64,000 bases of DNA from an uncultured Hyphomicrobiales bacterium (GTDB lineage: Bacteria; Bacteroidota; Ignavibacteria; Kapaibacteriales; UBA2268). This document shows positions 8,102-18,896 of this stretch, one piece after another. Position numbers and translations under genes: made by a program. The notes under the pieces were generated by a model. The model was not told where the DNA came from. It made no database searches and saw only the letters and a program-made list of their open reading frames with translations. The DNA is taken from positions 80,025-144,024 of the forward strand of contig CAZDXB010000003.1 of the NCBI GenBank assembly GCA_964509335.1, read 5' to 3'. Each line of letters begins with the position of its first letter. The first letter of the stretch is position 1.

Positions 8102-11100
8102 TTATTTTGTTAAAGTTATCTTTTTCAAGTCTCTGAAACATCCGCTTTTCATTATTACAAAATACGCGCCGGAGGGAAATTTATCCAAATTAAATTTAAC
8201 TTTATATCTGCCGGAGGCGGCGCTTTTGGTTTTGTAAGTTGTTTTTAGATTTCCGAGTCGGTCTCTTATTTCAATAGTTGTAAGAGTTTCAGTGGCGACT
8301 CCAAACTCGACGTTAACATAATCCTCGCAAGGATTAGGGTAAGGAGTAGCTAGAAAATAGTCGCCGTCGAAAACTTCGACAAGCCTGCCTTCTCCGAAGC
8401 AAACGCTTTGGATTTTTACGTTTACGTTTAAATCGTTCGACGACTGACAATCTTTGTTAGTCAATCTGAAAGTATTTTCCGAGCCGCTTGTGTCTGAAAG
8501 AAAAGCGCGATACACGCCGGAAAGAATTTCGCCGTCGTATGGGGTGGGCAAAACCCCTTCCCCTTTCAATAGCATAACGCCCGAGGGGTCTATACTTTTT
8601 ACATTCCAATTCCATAACGGTAAATCACGCGGCGTTTCGTTTATCGTAAATCTAAGAGCTTTTGGATTGTAGTCGATTCTAAGCGTTATCTCCGAAACGA
8701 CGTTTCTATTTATTGCCGGCGCTGAACAGGCGATTGAAAAATTTTTGCTTTCTCCCGGTTTCATCTTTAGCGAAGTTTTATCGGCGAATAAGTTTATTGT
8801 CTCGCCTATGCCCGTTAACTCAAGCTCGATATTCTTTTTATTTTTGACGTAGAATCTTAATACGGCTTTATATTCTATGTTTTCCATTGGAGCGAAAGCG
8901 GTTCTAATTCTTGCCGTGTCTTTAGGCGGAATTGTTAAAGTGGAATCTAAATTAATTATAAAAGGGGGCGGTTCAAAAGTGGAATTGTCGTTTAGATTCT
9001 CAATTTCGTAACCTTCTATGATAATCTTTTCATCGTCGGAATAGTTGATTATCTCGATATTTATAATGTCTTCCGAGCATTTAAGAACGCCGCCGTATTT
9101 TATTGTGGAATCGTGAATTGCTCCCGCCGCTTCGCATTCGATTGAAGTTATCGAAGTGTTTATTGGGTTAATTTCCGGTCCGGGAAAGGCGTCGGACTTT
9201 ATTTTGACGAAACCGGCGCGAGTCCCCGGTTTTTGCGGAGCGAATAGAGTTTTTAATTCAATGCTCTTGTTTGGAGGTATTGTAGTTTCTGTAAAATTTT
9301 CTAAAAAAGCGAATTCGTTTTGGTTGTAAATTATACGGCAGTCGAAAATTTGCAAGGGCGCGCTGGAGCTTTCATTTATTAAAATAAAGTTTCCTAAAGA
9401 GCTGTCGCCGGCAGCCGGAGTTCCGCCGCAATTCCATTGAGTTTTTAGTTTCGGCAAAGCCCCTATTCCGAAAAGGGGTACGGTAAGCGCAGAGTCGAAT
9501 AAATTCGTTCCTATAGAAATAGCGTTGAAGTATGATTTTTCGTCTTTCGGCTTAAAGTTAACCGGTATTATTAAGCTGTCGCCTCGCTTAAGTTGAATTG
9601 GCGTTTTAATATCGGATAGAAATTCAAAACAATTATCATTATCCTTAATCAATTCAATTGATTCAATAATTATATCCAAAGCGTTATCGTTTTCGATAAG
9701 AGCGGTAGAATCGTTAATTGTTTTTATTCTTCTTACGCCCCAGTCAATTGCGGAGGCGCTTATATCGTTTTTTAAACCTTGTCCCAATAAAATGGCGCTT
9801 TTGTCTCTGCAAGCGTCGAAGTCGTATTCAATTTTTGCTTCGCGCCTGCCCGAGTCGGAGGGAATAAAGAGTATAAAAAGTTTAGCGTATGAGCGGCTAT
9901 CTATAGAAATAGGCGATTCGGTTACTATTATAAAATCTTTAACGTCTTTTCCCGCTATTTTTGGATTCACTGAAATTGGAAAAGAAAGAGGGTTGTAAAC
10001 GGCTTTTTCTACGACGATATTTTTGCCGAAACCAACGTTCATTTGTCCGGTTCTTATTGTGTCTTTTACTTGCAAATCGCAAACGCCTTCGCCGATTAAT
10101 GGAATGATTATACTATCGGCGCAACTCGGTATTATAACCGCTTTCGCTCTTTTATCAATTGCTTCTTCGGCGAAAAAACGCGCTTTTAAGTTGAGATATT
10201 CTCCCGGCTGGATTAAACTGTCTTCTAAAGCTAATATTTGGAAGCTCGCCGGACTTTCGCCTATTAGTTTAATTTCCTCGACAAACGTATTCAAATTGTC
10301 GCTGTCGTTAAAAGCCGCTCTTTCGACTGATATAGTTTTCTTTTTTCCAATTTGAGCGTTTTGGATTATTACGCTGTCGATTTCTTTCCTCAGCGAAGGG
10401 CTATCGATGGCGAATAAGCTGTCGCTGTCGTCTTCGGTTTGTTCGAATTCGACTGTTTTATAAATCGCGAAATTTCCCGTTTCGCCTCCCGTAAAGGTTT
10501 GCGAGCCGAATGAAAGAGCGTCGCCGAAATAGTGGGTTTTGTATGATATACGAACTCCGTCGTTTAATTTTATATTCAGGCTTTTAAGGTTATTTAGGTT
10601 CGACGGAGTGCGTTCGACTTCGGAAAAACTTTTGCGGGTCAAATACTTGCCGTAGCTAATTTTGAAAAGAGAGTAAGAGCTGTCGCTGATATATAATTTA
10701 TCGTCGTAAACGAATCTTCCTTTATACTTTCCGAATAAGACAACTTCGCGAGCGTTCGTTTTGACTTTTAGCGCTTTGACGTCTAAGTTTTGGTAGCGGC
10801 TCGAAGCTCCGAAGAAGTCAATCGTTTTGAATTCGCCCGCGGAGTTTAACTTCATTATGTAAGCGTAGTTTTTCCCGCGGATGAAATCGTCGAATGAATT
10901 TGATTTGAAAGCGAAATTGTTCTTGAAAGTTCCCGCGCAATAGACGTTTCCTGACTCGTCGATTTCGAATGAAGCGGCGGAGTCGTTTTCATCGCCTCCG
11001 AACGGCGAGGTTTTCAATATATTTCCCTCGGAGTCGAATTTTAATAGAAAGACGTCGCGTCCGCCGGCTACTTTTTGATTTTGGTTGTTTGCGGAAAGAG

Positions 11101-12700
11101 AGTTGACGAAGTTGCCGTAAGCGTAGAAACTTGAGCTGTCGCCGTTAAATTTCATTTGAACGGAGTTTTCATTTTTAATTCCGCCGATTTTCCTCAACCA
11201 TTGAACTTCCAGTTCCGGCTTAGATTCGACTATTATCTTTAAGTTCGTTTTATCTTTATTTTTAAAAGATTCAAAGGGGCGCCAGAAGTAACTTTCGGTT
11301 CTAATGCCGCTGTCGATTGTTTGTTTGACGCCTTGTTCGCCGTCCAGATAATAAACGTCGGTTTTGTCTTCTTCGTTGGTTCCTTCCCATTTTATATTTA
11401 TATTGCCGCACTTCGAAAATATTTCGCCGCCGTTGGGCTTGATTAATTCTATTTCCGGTTTGCCTCCGTATAAATATACCGCGGCGGGGCAAGGGTGAGC
11501 CTCGAAGCTTAGTAAATCGCTCCTAAATCTTTTAAGGTTGTCGGGAGCAAATTCCGCCGTTATTTTCCTTTCCTCGCCTTTTTTCATAGAAAAAGGGGGT
11601 GGAACGCCTTTCCAATCGGTTATTTTGAAATAATCGCCGTTTTTTAGATAGACCGAGTCAATATGAAAGTCCGAGTATTTCGCGGAAAATTTAATATCTA
11701 CGGTAGCTTTTGCAGTCCCGTTTCTTTTGAAACCGTATGATTTTTCTGAGAATACGATTCTCGGTACGCTTTCTTCCGGAGCTTCGTAATAGTTTTCTCG
11801 CGTTTGGCTTTGCCTAAGAAATGAGATTTGAGCGTAGCGTTCCCTTAAAGCGGGATTGCAGGAGAGGGGCGCCGTCCACGAAATTTCGCATAGCTGGGTG
11901 ATTTGCGAGTAAAAAGCTATTAGTTTATAAATATTTTTTAAAGCGTGTTTGTCCCATATGTCGTAGGCTTTGCCGCCGGTTTCTCGGGCTATTCTTCTTA
12001 ACTCGGGATTCATTTGAAACAGCAAGGTCAGAGAGAATATTTGAACGTTCGTTTTAAGAGCTTTGTCTGAAATTTCGTCGGTTTCGGGAGAAACGTTTGG
12101 TTTTCCGTCGGTTAAGAATACGGCGATTCTACGGATGTCGCTCGGCTGTTTTGCTAATAAGGAAAGGCATCCGTTTTCCGTGTCGAGAAACGCTGGAGTA
12201 TAATTAGTGCCGCCGCCGTCGTAACCGATTTTCTTTAATTGCTCAAGCAAATGATTTTTATTATCGGAAAAGTCGCTTAGAACTTCCGCGCTGTCGTTAA
12301 AAACAATCAAGGCTATCTTTGCGCCTTCTACGAATTTAAATGAATTAATGAAGGATTCGGCGGCGCCTATAACCCAACTAAGGCGAGTTTCTCCGTTTTC
12401 AGGTATGTTCATCGATTGGCTAATATCCAAGACTAAAGCGACGCTGGCTGGCGGCTCTACTTCTCGTTCGTAGCAGTCGATTTTCACGGTTTCAGAAACG
12501 TTTTCGTTCAATTCAAATACTTCAAAATCGCTCGGTGTTAGGTTGTCGTAGGGGCTGTCTTTTGCGTTAAGAGCCGTAAAGTTCGCTTTCACTCTCGGGA
12601 AATTCGACGCGTCAATTTCAGATACTGAAAATATTTGCGCTCGGACGGCGAATATAATCGTGAAATTCAACAAGACTGCTAAGAAAGCGGCTCTTTTCAT
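8102..12700 (-). CDS. Giant secreted surface protein with N-terminal von Willebrand factor A (vWA) domain and T9SS C-terminal sorting domain
   Basis: 1532 aa. Signal peptide. vWA domain with MIDAS motif DISQS...TDG. Long beta-rich body. C-terminal Por/T9SS sorting-domain-like tail (YPNPCEDYVNVEF...GAYFVIMKSG...KITLTK). Its stop codon abuts the nadD start codon. Confidence 0.75.
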   Translation of the reverse strand: MKRAAFLAVLLNFTIIFAVRAQIFSVSEIDASNFPRVKANFTALNAKDSPYDNLTPSDFEVFELNENVSETVKIDCYEREVEPPASVALVLDISQSMNIPENGETRLSWVIGAAESFINSFKFVEGAKIALIVFNDSAEVLSDFSDNKNHLLEQLKKIGYDGGGTNYTPAFLDTENGCLSLLAKQPSDIRRIAVFLTDGKPNVSPETDEISDKALKTNVQIFSLTLLFQMNPELRRIARETGGKAYDIWDKHALKNIYKLIAFYSQITQLCEISWTAPLSCNPALRERYAQISFLRQSQTRENYYEAPEESVPRIVFSEKSYGFKRNGTAKATVDIKFSAKYSDFHIDSVYLKNGDYFKITDWKGVPPPFSMKKGEERKITAEFAPDNLKRFRSDLLSFEAHPCPAAVYLYGGKPEIELIKPNGGEIFSKCGNINIKWEGTNEEDKTDVYYLDGEQGVKQTIDSGIRTESYFWRPFESFKNKDKTNLKIIVESKPELEVQWLRKIGGIKNENSVQMKFNGDSSSFYAYGNFVNSLSANNQNQKVAGGRDVFLLKFDSEGNILKTSPFGGDENDSAASFEIDESGNVYCAGTFKNNFAFKSNSFDDFIRGKNYAYIMKLNSAGEFKTIDFFGASSRYQNLDVKALKVKTNAREVVLFGKYKGRFVYDDKLYISDSSYSLFKISYGKYLTRKSFSEVERTPSNLNNLKSLNIKLNDGVRISYKTHYFGDALSFGSQTFTGGETGNFAIYKTVEFEQTEDDSDSLFAIDSPSLRKEIDSVIIQNAQIGKKKTISVERAAFNDSDNLNTFVEEIKLIGESPASFQILALEDSLIQPGEYLNLKARFFAEEAIDKRAKAVIIPSCADSIIIPLIGEGVCDLQVKDTIRTGQMNVGFGKNIVVEKAVYNPLSFPISVNPKIAGKDVKDFIIVTESPISIDSRSYAKLFILFIPSDSGRREAKIEYDFDACRDKSAILLGQGLKNDISASAIDWGVRRIKTINDSTALIENDNALDIIIESIELIKDNDNCFEFLSDIKTPIQLKRGDSLIIPVNFKPKDEKSYFNAISIGTNLFDSALTVPLFGIGALPKLKTQWNCGGTPAAGDSSLGNFILINESSSAPLQIFDCRIIYNQNEFAFLENFTETTIPPNKSIELKTLFAPQKPGTRAGFVKIKSDAFPGPEINPINTSITSIECEAAGAIHDSTIKYGGVLKCSEDIINIEIINYSDDEKIIIEGYEIENLNDNSTFEPPPFIINLDSTLTIPPKDTARIRTAFAPMENIEYKAVLRFYVKNKKNIELELTGIGETINLFADKTSLKMKPGESKNFSIACSAPAINRNVVSEITLRIDYNPKALRFTINETPRDLPLWNWNVKSIDPSGVMLLKGEGVLPTPYDGEILSGVYRAFLSDTSGSENTFRLTNKDCQSSNDLNVNVKIQSVCFGEGRLVEVFDGDYFLATPYPNPCEDYVNVEFGVATETLTTIEIRDRLGNLKTTYKTKSAASGRYKVKFNLDKFPSGAYFVIMKSGCFRDLKKITLTK

Positions 12701-12837
12701 TTTGAACTGAAAAATTAAAATATGATTAAATTTCGTTCATAAACATCCGCAATATAACGAATCTATTTTTAAATGAAAATAATTTAATGAAATATAATTA
12801 AGAAATTTTGATTGGCGTTAAAAATATGACGACTAGG

Positions 12838-13929
12838 CTAAGATACTGCCGATTCTAGAATTGTGAGACTTCCGTTGTCGGCGTCCAGCTTGGCTTTTAT
12901 GCCGATGGGCAGCGTCCATTTGTCTTCCATATGACCTATGGGAACGCCGATAACCGAAGGGACTTTTAATTGTTTAAGTCTAGATTCAATTACTTGTCTA
13001 GCCGTGAAAGATTTATTTGGGTAGAAATTATATCTTCTGTCTAAGTTTTTATAGTGTCCAAACATAATGCCGGCGCAGTTTTGCAGTTTGCCGCAATTGT
13101 AGAGATGGGTTAGCATTCTGTCAATTTTATAGGGGTCTTCGGAAACTTCTTCTATGAAGAGAATCGCTCTTTCGGTGTCAATTTCGAAGGGCGTTCCAAG
13201 CGAATCGACGAGAACCGTTAGGTTGCCTCCCACGAGATATCCTTTTCCAATTCCTTGGGTAATGGTTTTAATTCTTCTGTCTTTTAGCGTTATGGGCTTA
13301 AATTCTTTTTCCTTGAACAAGACGGATTTCATATTTTTTAGCGTGAAATAGTTAAACGTGGAAACTCCAACGGGTCCGTGAAACGACGCCAAATTTGAGA
13401 ATTTATAAACGGCGTTGAGCAGAGTCGTTATGTCGCTATATCCGACGATTATTTTAGGATTGTTTCTTATTTCGTCGAAATCGAGTTTGTCGATAATTCT
13501 AGTGGAACCGTAGCCGCCTCGGCAAGCCATAATGCCGTCTATGTCTTTGTTTCGGATTAAATCCATAAATTCTTTGGCTCTGGCTTCGTCGGGAGCGGAA
13601 AAATAACGATATTTCGATTTGTAGTTTTTTATGGTGTTTCCGTAAATTACGTTTAGTCCAATTGATTGTAATTTTCTCGAGACGCTTCGTAATTCCCATA
13701 AACTGGCGTGGCTGGCTGGCGCGGTTAACGCTATAGTGGAGCCTTCCTTCAAGGCTTTTGGTTTAATAAGTCTCGCTTTTTTTGCGAGCGAGGATTTAAA
13801 AATTTTGTCTTGGAGGTCTTCGTAATTGAAATTTTTAGTTTTCGAGAGCGAACGCGCTGGAAGACCGAAAATCGGCGAACTCGCCGCGGCGGCTAATATA
13901 TATAAGAAGCGTCGTCTCGTAGTGTTCAT
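12838..13929 (-). CDS. LD-carboxypeptidase / MccF-like peptidase family S66, with Tat-like signal
   Basis: 363 aa. N-terminus TRRRFLYILAAAASSPIF is a twin-arginine-like signal. S66 family blocks (IALTAPAS, ACRGGYGSTRI, catalytic Ser region, GHxxD-like C-terminus). Confidence 0.7.
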   Translation of the reverse strand: MNTTRRRFLYILAAAASSPIFGLPARSLSKTKNFNYEDLQDKIFKSSLAKKARLIKPKALKEGSTIALTAPASHASLWELRSVSRKLQSIGLNVIYGNTIKNYKSKYRYFSAPDEARAKEFMDLIRNKDIDGIMACRGGYGSTRIIDKLDFDEIRNNPKIIVGYSDITTLLNAVYKFSNLASFHGPVGVSTFNYFTLKNMKSVLFKEKEFKPITLKDRRIKTITQGIGKGYLVGGNLTVLVDSLGTPFEIDTERAILFIEEVSEDPYKIDRMLTHLYNCGKLQNCAGIMFGHYKNLDRRYNFYPNKSFTARQVIESRLKQLKVPSVIGVPIGHMEDKWTLPIGIKAKLDADNGSLTILESAVS

Positions 13930-14015
13930 ACAAGTTTAATTAATTTTGTTTAACGCAAATCACAAAGATAAGACTTTATTTGTAAAAGTATCAACTATCC
14001 GTTATATTGCCAAGT

Positions 14016-14102
14016 GGAAAGGTGCAGGAGTGGCTTAACTGGCTCGCCTGGAAAGCGAGTGTACCTTAAATGGTACCGTGGGTTCGAATCCCACCCTTTC
14101 CG
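14016..14102 (+). tRNA. tRNA-Ser (anticodon GGA), class II with long variable arm
   Basis: 87 nt. Acceptor stem GGAAAGG/CCTTTCC, anticodon stem-loop CTCGC-CTGGAAA-GCGAG, variable-arm hairpin GTACC..GGTAC, T-arm GTGGGTTCGAATCCCAC, discriminator G. No encoded CCA. Confidence 0.85.
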
Positions 14103-14243
14103 CTTCGCTCGCATTTTTTTCTCAATATTTTTTAATAGATACCGACATTATATTACCAAATGGCAAAATAAATTCTGAACGCTTTATAATTATTAGCGTT
14201 TTGGTTCGTTTAAACAAACAATATTAACAAATCGGTATTTTTT

Positions 14244-17200
14244 ATGGCGTCAGATTTACATTCGAGTAATCATCTTAAATTATTGAACGCCGCCGCCAAA
14301 GCGGTTAAAGATTTGATTTCTATCGAAGATTTCGAATCCGCGACGGAAAAAGTTCTAGAAGATATTGGACTAGCTACCGGCGCCGATAGAGTTTATATTT
14401 TCAGTAATTATAAAATTCGCGACGACCATTATTTAAAAATGGATTTCGAATGGGTTAAGGAAGGCGTTTCCTCCGAAATAGAAGATACCAATTTGCAGCG
14501 GATGAAGTATAAGGATATCATTCCCGGATGGCGCGAAAAGTTTTCCAAAGGCGAGGAGATTAACTCGATAACGAGCGAAATTCAAACGCCGCTCAAGGAC
14601 ATTCTTGAAAAACAGAACGTTAAATCGATTTTAAACGTTCCAATTTTTAAGAACGAGGAATTTTGGGGTTTTATCGGAATCGATAATTGCGAAAAAGTTC
14701 GTTTGTGGTCTGAAGAAGAAACGGCGTCTTTAAGAATAGTCGCTAACGGATTTGGCGGAGCTTTAGCTAGAAATGAAATCGAGAACGAATTAAAGGACAC
14801 TAAGACAAAACTTGAGAGAATTGTTGAGGAGAGGACTCGTTCGCTTTTAATTTCCAACAAGAAGTTAAAAAAGAAAATATCGGAAAAAGACGCTATTGAA
14901 AAGGATTTAGAATATGTAGTCAGGAGTTTGGAATATTATAAATACGCTTTGGACGCCGCCGCTATCGTGGAATTCACCGATTCCGAAGGCGTGATAACGT
15001 ACGCGAACGAAAGATTTTGCCAAATCACAGGGTTTTCTTTGGACGAATTGTTGGGAAGCAATCATTCTATTATGAGTTCTCAGTATCACGACGACGCTTT
15101 TTTTAAAGATATGTGGGAAACTATTAACTCAGGGAAAATCTGGAAAGGAGTGGTAAAGAATAAACGGAAAGACGGCAAAATCATTTGGCTCGACACTACT
15201 ATAGTCCCCTTTATGACCGGCGACAATCAACCGGAGCGCTACGTTGCTATTCGATACGATATTACAAAAAGAAAAGAAGCCGAAGAGCAAATCACGATTT
15301 TGATTAGAGCGATAGAACAAAGCCCGACGAGTATAATAATTACGGACAAGAAAGGCAATATCGAGTACGTAAATCCGAAGTTCTCGGAAGTTACCGGTTA
15401 CGAATTGGAAGAGGTAAAAGGACAAAATCCCAGCGTTTTAAAATCGGGCGAGACTTCTCAAGAAGATTATAAGGATTTATGGGAAACAATTTCTCAAGGC
15501 AAAGTATGGCGCGGCGTTTTTCATAATCGTAAGAAAAACGGCGAACTTTTCTGGGAAATGGCTTTAATTTCTCCGGTAAAAAACGCCGAAGGAGAAATCA
15601 CGCATTTTATAGCGGTTAAAGAAGATATTACTTTGCTCAAATTAACCGAGGAAAATCTAAATAAGTCTTTATCGTTTATGAACGCCGCTTTTGAAGCGAT
15701 TAACGAAGGAGTCGTAGCTTTTGATAAAGAAGGCGCGATTACCAATTATAACGGAAAGATGCTCGCTATGTGGGAACTGAATGAGGATAAATTAAAAAAT
15801 CGCGGGGAATATGGATTTTTTGAATGTCTATCTGAAAAAGTTATGGATTCGGAAGGATTTTTTGAGAAGCTAAAGGGCTTTTTTGATTACCCCGAATCCG
15901 AAGTTTTCGACGTAGTCTATTTAAAAAATAAAAATGTTCTTGAAATGACGACGCGGCCTCAGATAATGGGCGATGAAATAATCGGACGCGTATGGAGCTT
16001 TAGAGACATAACCGAACAGCGCAAAGCCGAAGACAAGCTCTTGTGGTACACAAAAGATTTAGAGTTAGCAAAGCTTGATTTGGAAGATAAAAAATTCAAG
16101 TTGGAAACGACGGTCAACGAGTTGGAAGAAGCTAAAGAGAGAGCGGAAGCCGCCGCTAAAGCTAAAAGCGAGTTTATAGCTAATATGAGCCACGAAATAA
16201 GAACGCCGTTAAATTCTATTATCGGGTTCTCTCAATTGCTTGAAAGCCAAATAAGCGAACCTAAGCTAAGAAAGCATATACAAGCTATTAATAAAAGCGG
16301 CGATAACCTTTTGATGCTGGTTAACGATATATTGGATTTGTCTAAAATAGAATCCGGCAGGGTTAGCGTAAAAATCGATAAGGTAAACGTTAAGCATTTG
16401 TTGAGGGACATAAAAAGTATTTTTAGTTCAAAAGCTAAAGAGAAGAATTTGTCTCTTTACCTTGAAATTTCCAACCGTTTACCCAATATGATATTAATAG
16501 ACGAAATCAAGCTAAGACATATATTATTTAATCTTGTGGGAAACGCGATTAAATTTACCGAGCGTGGTTACGTTAAAATTATTGTCGATAAAGAGAAAGA
16601 CGACGGAAAGAATTTAGACCTGATTTTGTCCGTAAAAGACAGCGGTATCGGGATTAAGAAAGAAAATCAAGAAAATATCTTCGAAGCGTTCAGACAGCAG
16701 GAAAATACCGACACTCGCAAATACGGCGGCACGGGATTGGGATTGACGATAATAAAAAGATTTATTAAAATGATGGACGGCGAAATATTTTTGAAAAGCG
16801 AACCGAATAAAGGTTCGGTTTTTACCGTTAAACTGCCGAATATTAGCGTCGCGGACGATAAAGAACAAAACGAAAACGAATTGGAAGAATCGGACGGCCT
16901 CGTTTTTTCCGGTCAAAAAGTGTTAGCGGTTGACGACGTAACTTTAAATAGGGAATTGATAAAAGAATATTTAACCGGCAAAAAATTGAAAGTGTTCGAA
17001 GCCGCCGACGGTTTAGAAGCGTTGGAGCAAACGAAAAAAATCAATCCGGATTTGATTATTATGGATTTGAAAATGCCTAATATGGACGGCTGCGAAGCGG
17101 CAAAAAGAATAAAATCAGATAGAAGACTGTCGAAAATACCTATTATCGCTTTGACGGCGGCGGTTGAGTACGCTAAGGTACAAGACGACAGTTCAAATCC

Positions 17201-17654
17201 GTTTGAGGACGTCGTAATAAAACCAATTACTTTGGATAAGCTGGTCTCGTCGATTTCTAAACTTATTGCGCATTTCAAATTAGAAGATTCGGCTCTAGAT
17301 AAGTCCGACGACAAAAGCGACGAACCGGACGAAATTCGCGATATTCTAAATTCAATAGATAGCCTTGAAAAAGATATCGACGACGAGATTATTTCCTTGC
17401 TTGAAGGCGAGCTGACCGAAAAGTGGAAGAACGTAAAGAAGACTTTTATTTTAAACGATATCGTGCGTTTTTCTGAAGATATAATCAAATTGGGCGAAAC
17501 GAATGGTTCGGATATTATTGTCAAGTACGGCGAAGCGCTTTATAATCAAGCGAACGATTTTGAATTTGAAAAATTTCCAGCAACTTTGGATATATTTCCG
17601 GAATTGATTAAAAAGTTAAAGAATAAAAATAAAGGGCGTAATAATGACAGATAA
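14244..17654 (+). CDS. Hybrid sensor histidine kinase (GAF - multiple PAS - HisKA - HATPase - receiver - C-terminal domain of unknown type)
   Basis: 1136 aa. N-terminal GAF-like region. At least three PAS/PAC repeats ([14 protein letters not shown]..., [14 protein letters not shown]..., [12 protein letters not shown]...). H-box [15 protein letters not shown]-boxes [11 protein letters not shown], receiver domain ([13 protein letters not shown]...[12 protein letters not shown]). About 190-aa C-terminal tail with no obvious Hpt HxxKG motif. Confidence 0.85.
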   Translation: MASDLHSSNHLKLLNAAAKAVKDLISIEDFESATEKVLEDIGLATGADRVYIFSNYKIRDDHYLKMDFEWVKEGVSSEIEDTNLQRMKYKDIIPGWREKFSKGEEINSITSEIQTPLKDILEKQNVKSILNVPIFKNEEFWGFIGIDNCEKVRLWSEEETASLRIVANGFGGALARNEIENELKDTKTKLERIVEERTRSLLISNKKLKKKISEKDAIEKDLEYVVRSLEYYKYALDAAAIVEFTDSEGVITYANERFCQITGFSLDELLGSNHSIMSSQYHDDAFFKDMWETINSGKIWKGVVKNKRKDGKIIWLDTTIVPFMTGDNQPERYVAIRYDITKRKEAEEQITILIRAIEQSPTSIIITDKKGNIEYVNPKFSEVTGYELEEVKGQNPSVLKSGETSQEDYKDLWETISQGKVWRGVFHNRKKNGELFWEMALISPVKNAEGEITHFIAVKEDITLLKLTEENLNKSLSFMNAAFEAINEGVVAFDKEGAITNYNGKMLAMWELNEDKLKNRGEYGFFECLSEKVMDSEGFFEKLKGFFDYPESEVFDVVYLKNKNVLEMTTRPQIMGDEIIGRVWSFRDITEQRKAEDKLLWYTKDLELAKLDLEDKKFKLETTVNELEEAKERAEAAAKAKSEFIANMSHEIRTPLNSIIGFSQLLESQISEPKLRKHIQAINKSGDNLLMLVNDILDLSKIESGRVSVKIDKVNVKHLLRDIKSIFSSKAKEKNLSLYLEISNRLPNMILIDEIKLRHILFNLVGNAIKFTERGYVKIIVDKEKDDGKNLDLILSVKDSGIGIKKENQENIFEAFRQQENTDTRKYGGTGLGLTIIKRFIKMMDGEIFLKSEPNKGSVFTVKLPNISVADDKEQNENELEESDGLVFSGQKVLAVDDVTLNRELIKEYLTGKKLKVFEAADGLEALEQTKKINPDLIIMDLKMPNMDGCEAAKRIKSDRRLSKIPIIALTAAVEYAKVQDDSSNPFEDVVIKPITLDKLVSSISKLIAHFKLEDSALDKSDDKSDEPDEIRDILNSIDSLEKDIDDEIISLLEGELTEKWKNVKKTFILNDIVRFSEDIIKLGETNGSDIIVKYGEALYNQANDFEFEKFPATLDIFPELIKKLKNKNKGRNNDR

Positions 17655-18804
17655 TTACAAAAAGGTTGTGAAAGATAAGACTCCTTTGATATTAATCGTG
17701 GACGACGTTCCCGAGAATTTAAGAGTATTGGGTTCGATGCTAAACACCGAAGGCTACGAGATTTCATTCGCTTCCGGCGGCGAGAAAGCTTTGGAAATAA
17801 CGCAAAAAGTAACGCCGGATTTAATACTGCTCGATATTATGATGCCCGATATGGACGGCTACGAAGTCGCCCGACGTTTGAAACAAGAAGAAAGGACGAA
17901 GGATATTCCAATTATTTATTTAACGGGCAAAGCCGACACCGACGACGTAATCAAAGGTTTGAGCATAGGAGCGGTCGATTACGTAACAAAACCTTTCGAC
18001 GCGTCGGAGTTGCTTGCGAGAGTAAAAACCCACTTGGAGCTTAAGTTTTCAAGGGACGCGATCGAAGATTACTCGATTAAATTAGAGAAATCCGAAAAAG
18101 AATGTCGGGTTATGAACGATAGCAAAGACAAGTTTTTTTCAATTTTAGCTCACGATTTGCGCGGTCCTTTCAGCGGTTTTTTGGGATTATCTGAGCTTTT
18201 GACGGAAGAGTACGATAGAATGGAAAAAGAGGACGTCGTAAAAATCGGTTCCAGTTTGAATAAATCGGCGAAGAGGCTGTTTTCCTTGCTGGAGAATCTG
18301 CTGAATTGGTCTCGAATTCAAATGGGCAGAATGGAGTTTAGTCCAACCAAACTTGAACTAAAGAACGCGATAGTAGAAGTAGTTAATCTTTATATGCAAA
18401 CGGCGGAAGTGAAAAAAATCGATTTGAAATATAAAGTTGAAGACGGGACATTAGTAAACGCCGACAAAGAAGCGTTGAACGTTATTCTGAGGAATTTAAT
18501 TTCGAACGCGGTTAAATTTACCCCCGAAGGCGGTGAAATTAACGTCGTCGCAGAAATCTTCGACGAGGATAAATATAAAGTATCGGTTGAAGATAGCGGC
18601 GTAGGTATGGACGAGGAGGCTAAGTCAAAACTATTCCGTCTCGACGAGAAACATTCCACTTTGGGCACTAACAACGAACAAGGTTCCGGGCTGGGATTGC
18701 TTTTATGCAAAGAGCTTGTCGAAAAACACGGAGGCAAGCTTTCAGTTGAAAGTCAAGTTAACAAGGGGACAAAATTCACTTTCACTTTAGAAAAGGCAAA
18801 ATAG
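17644..18804 (+). CDS. Response-regulator receiver fused to histidine kinase (REC-HisKA-HATPase)
   Basis: 386 aa. N-terminal receiver ([15 protein letters not shown]...[15 protein letters not shown]). H-box [13 protein letters not shown]. HATPase ([23 protein letters not shown]). Overlaps the preceding hybrid kinase by 11 nt. Confidence 0.8.
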   Translation: MTDNYKKVVKDKTPLILIVDDVPENLRVLGSMLNTEGYEISFASGGEKALEITQKVTPDLILLDIMMPDMDGYEVARRLKQEERTKDIPIIYLTGKADTDDVIKGLSIGAVDYVTKPFDASELLARVKTHLELKFSRDAIEDYSIKLEKSEKECRVMNDSKDKFFSILAHDLRGPFSGFLGLSELLTEEYDRMEKEDVVKIGSSLNKSAKRLFSLLENLLNWSRIQMGRMEFSPTKLELKNAIVEVVNLYMQTAEVKKIDLKYKVEDGTLVNADKEALNVILRNLISNAVKFTPEGGEINVVAEIFDEDKYKVSVEDSGVGMDEEAKSKLFRLDEKHSTLGTNNEQGSGLGLLLCKELVEKHGGKLSVESQVNKGTKFTFTLEKAK

Positions 18805-18896
18805 CTTTTTTTTCGCGCTTCTTGATAAAACAAAATAATTTGCTATATTTATATAAAAGTAAAATATAGTTTATCAAAAATTTAGGGAAGCGCGCC

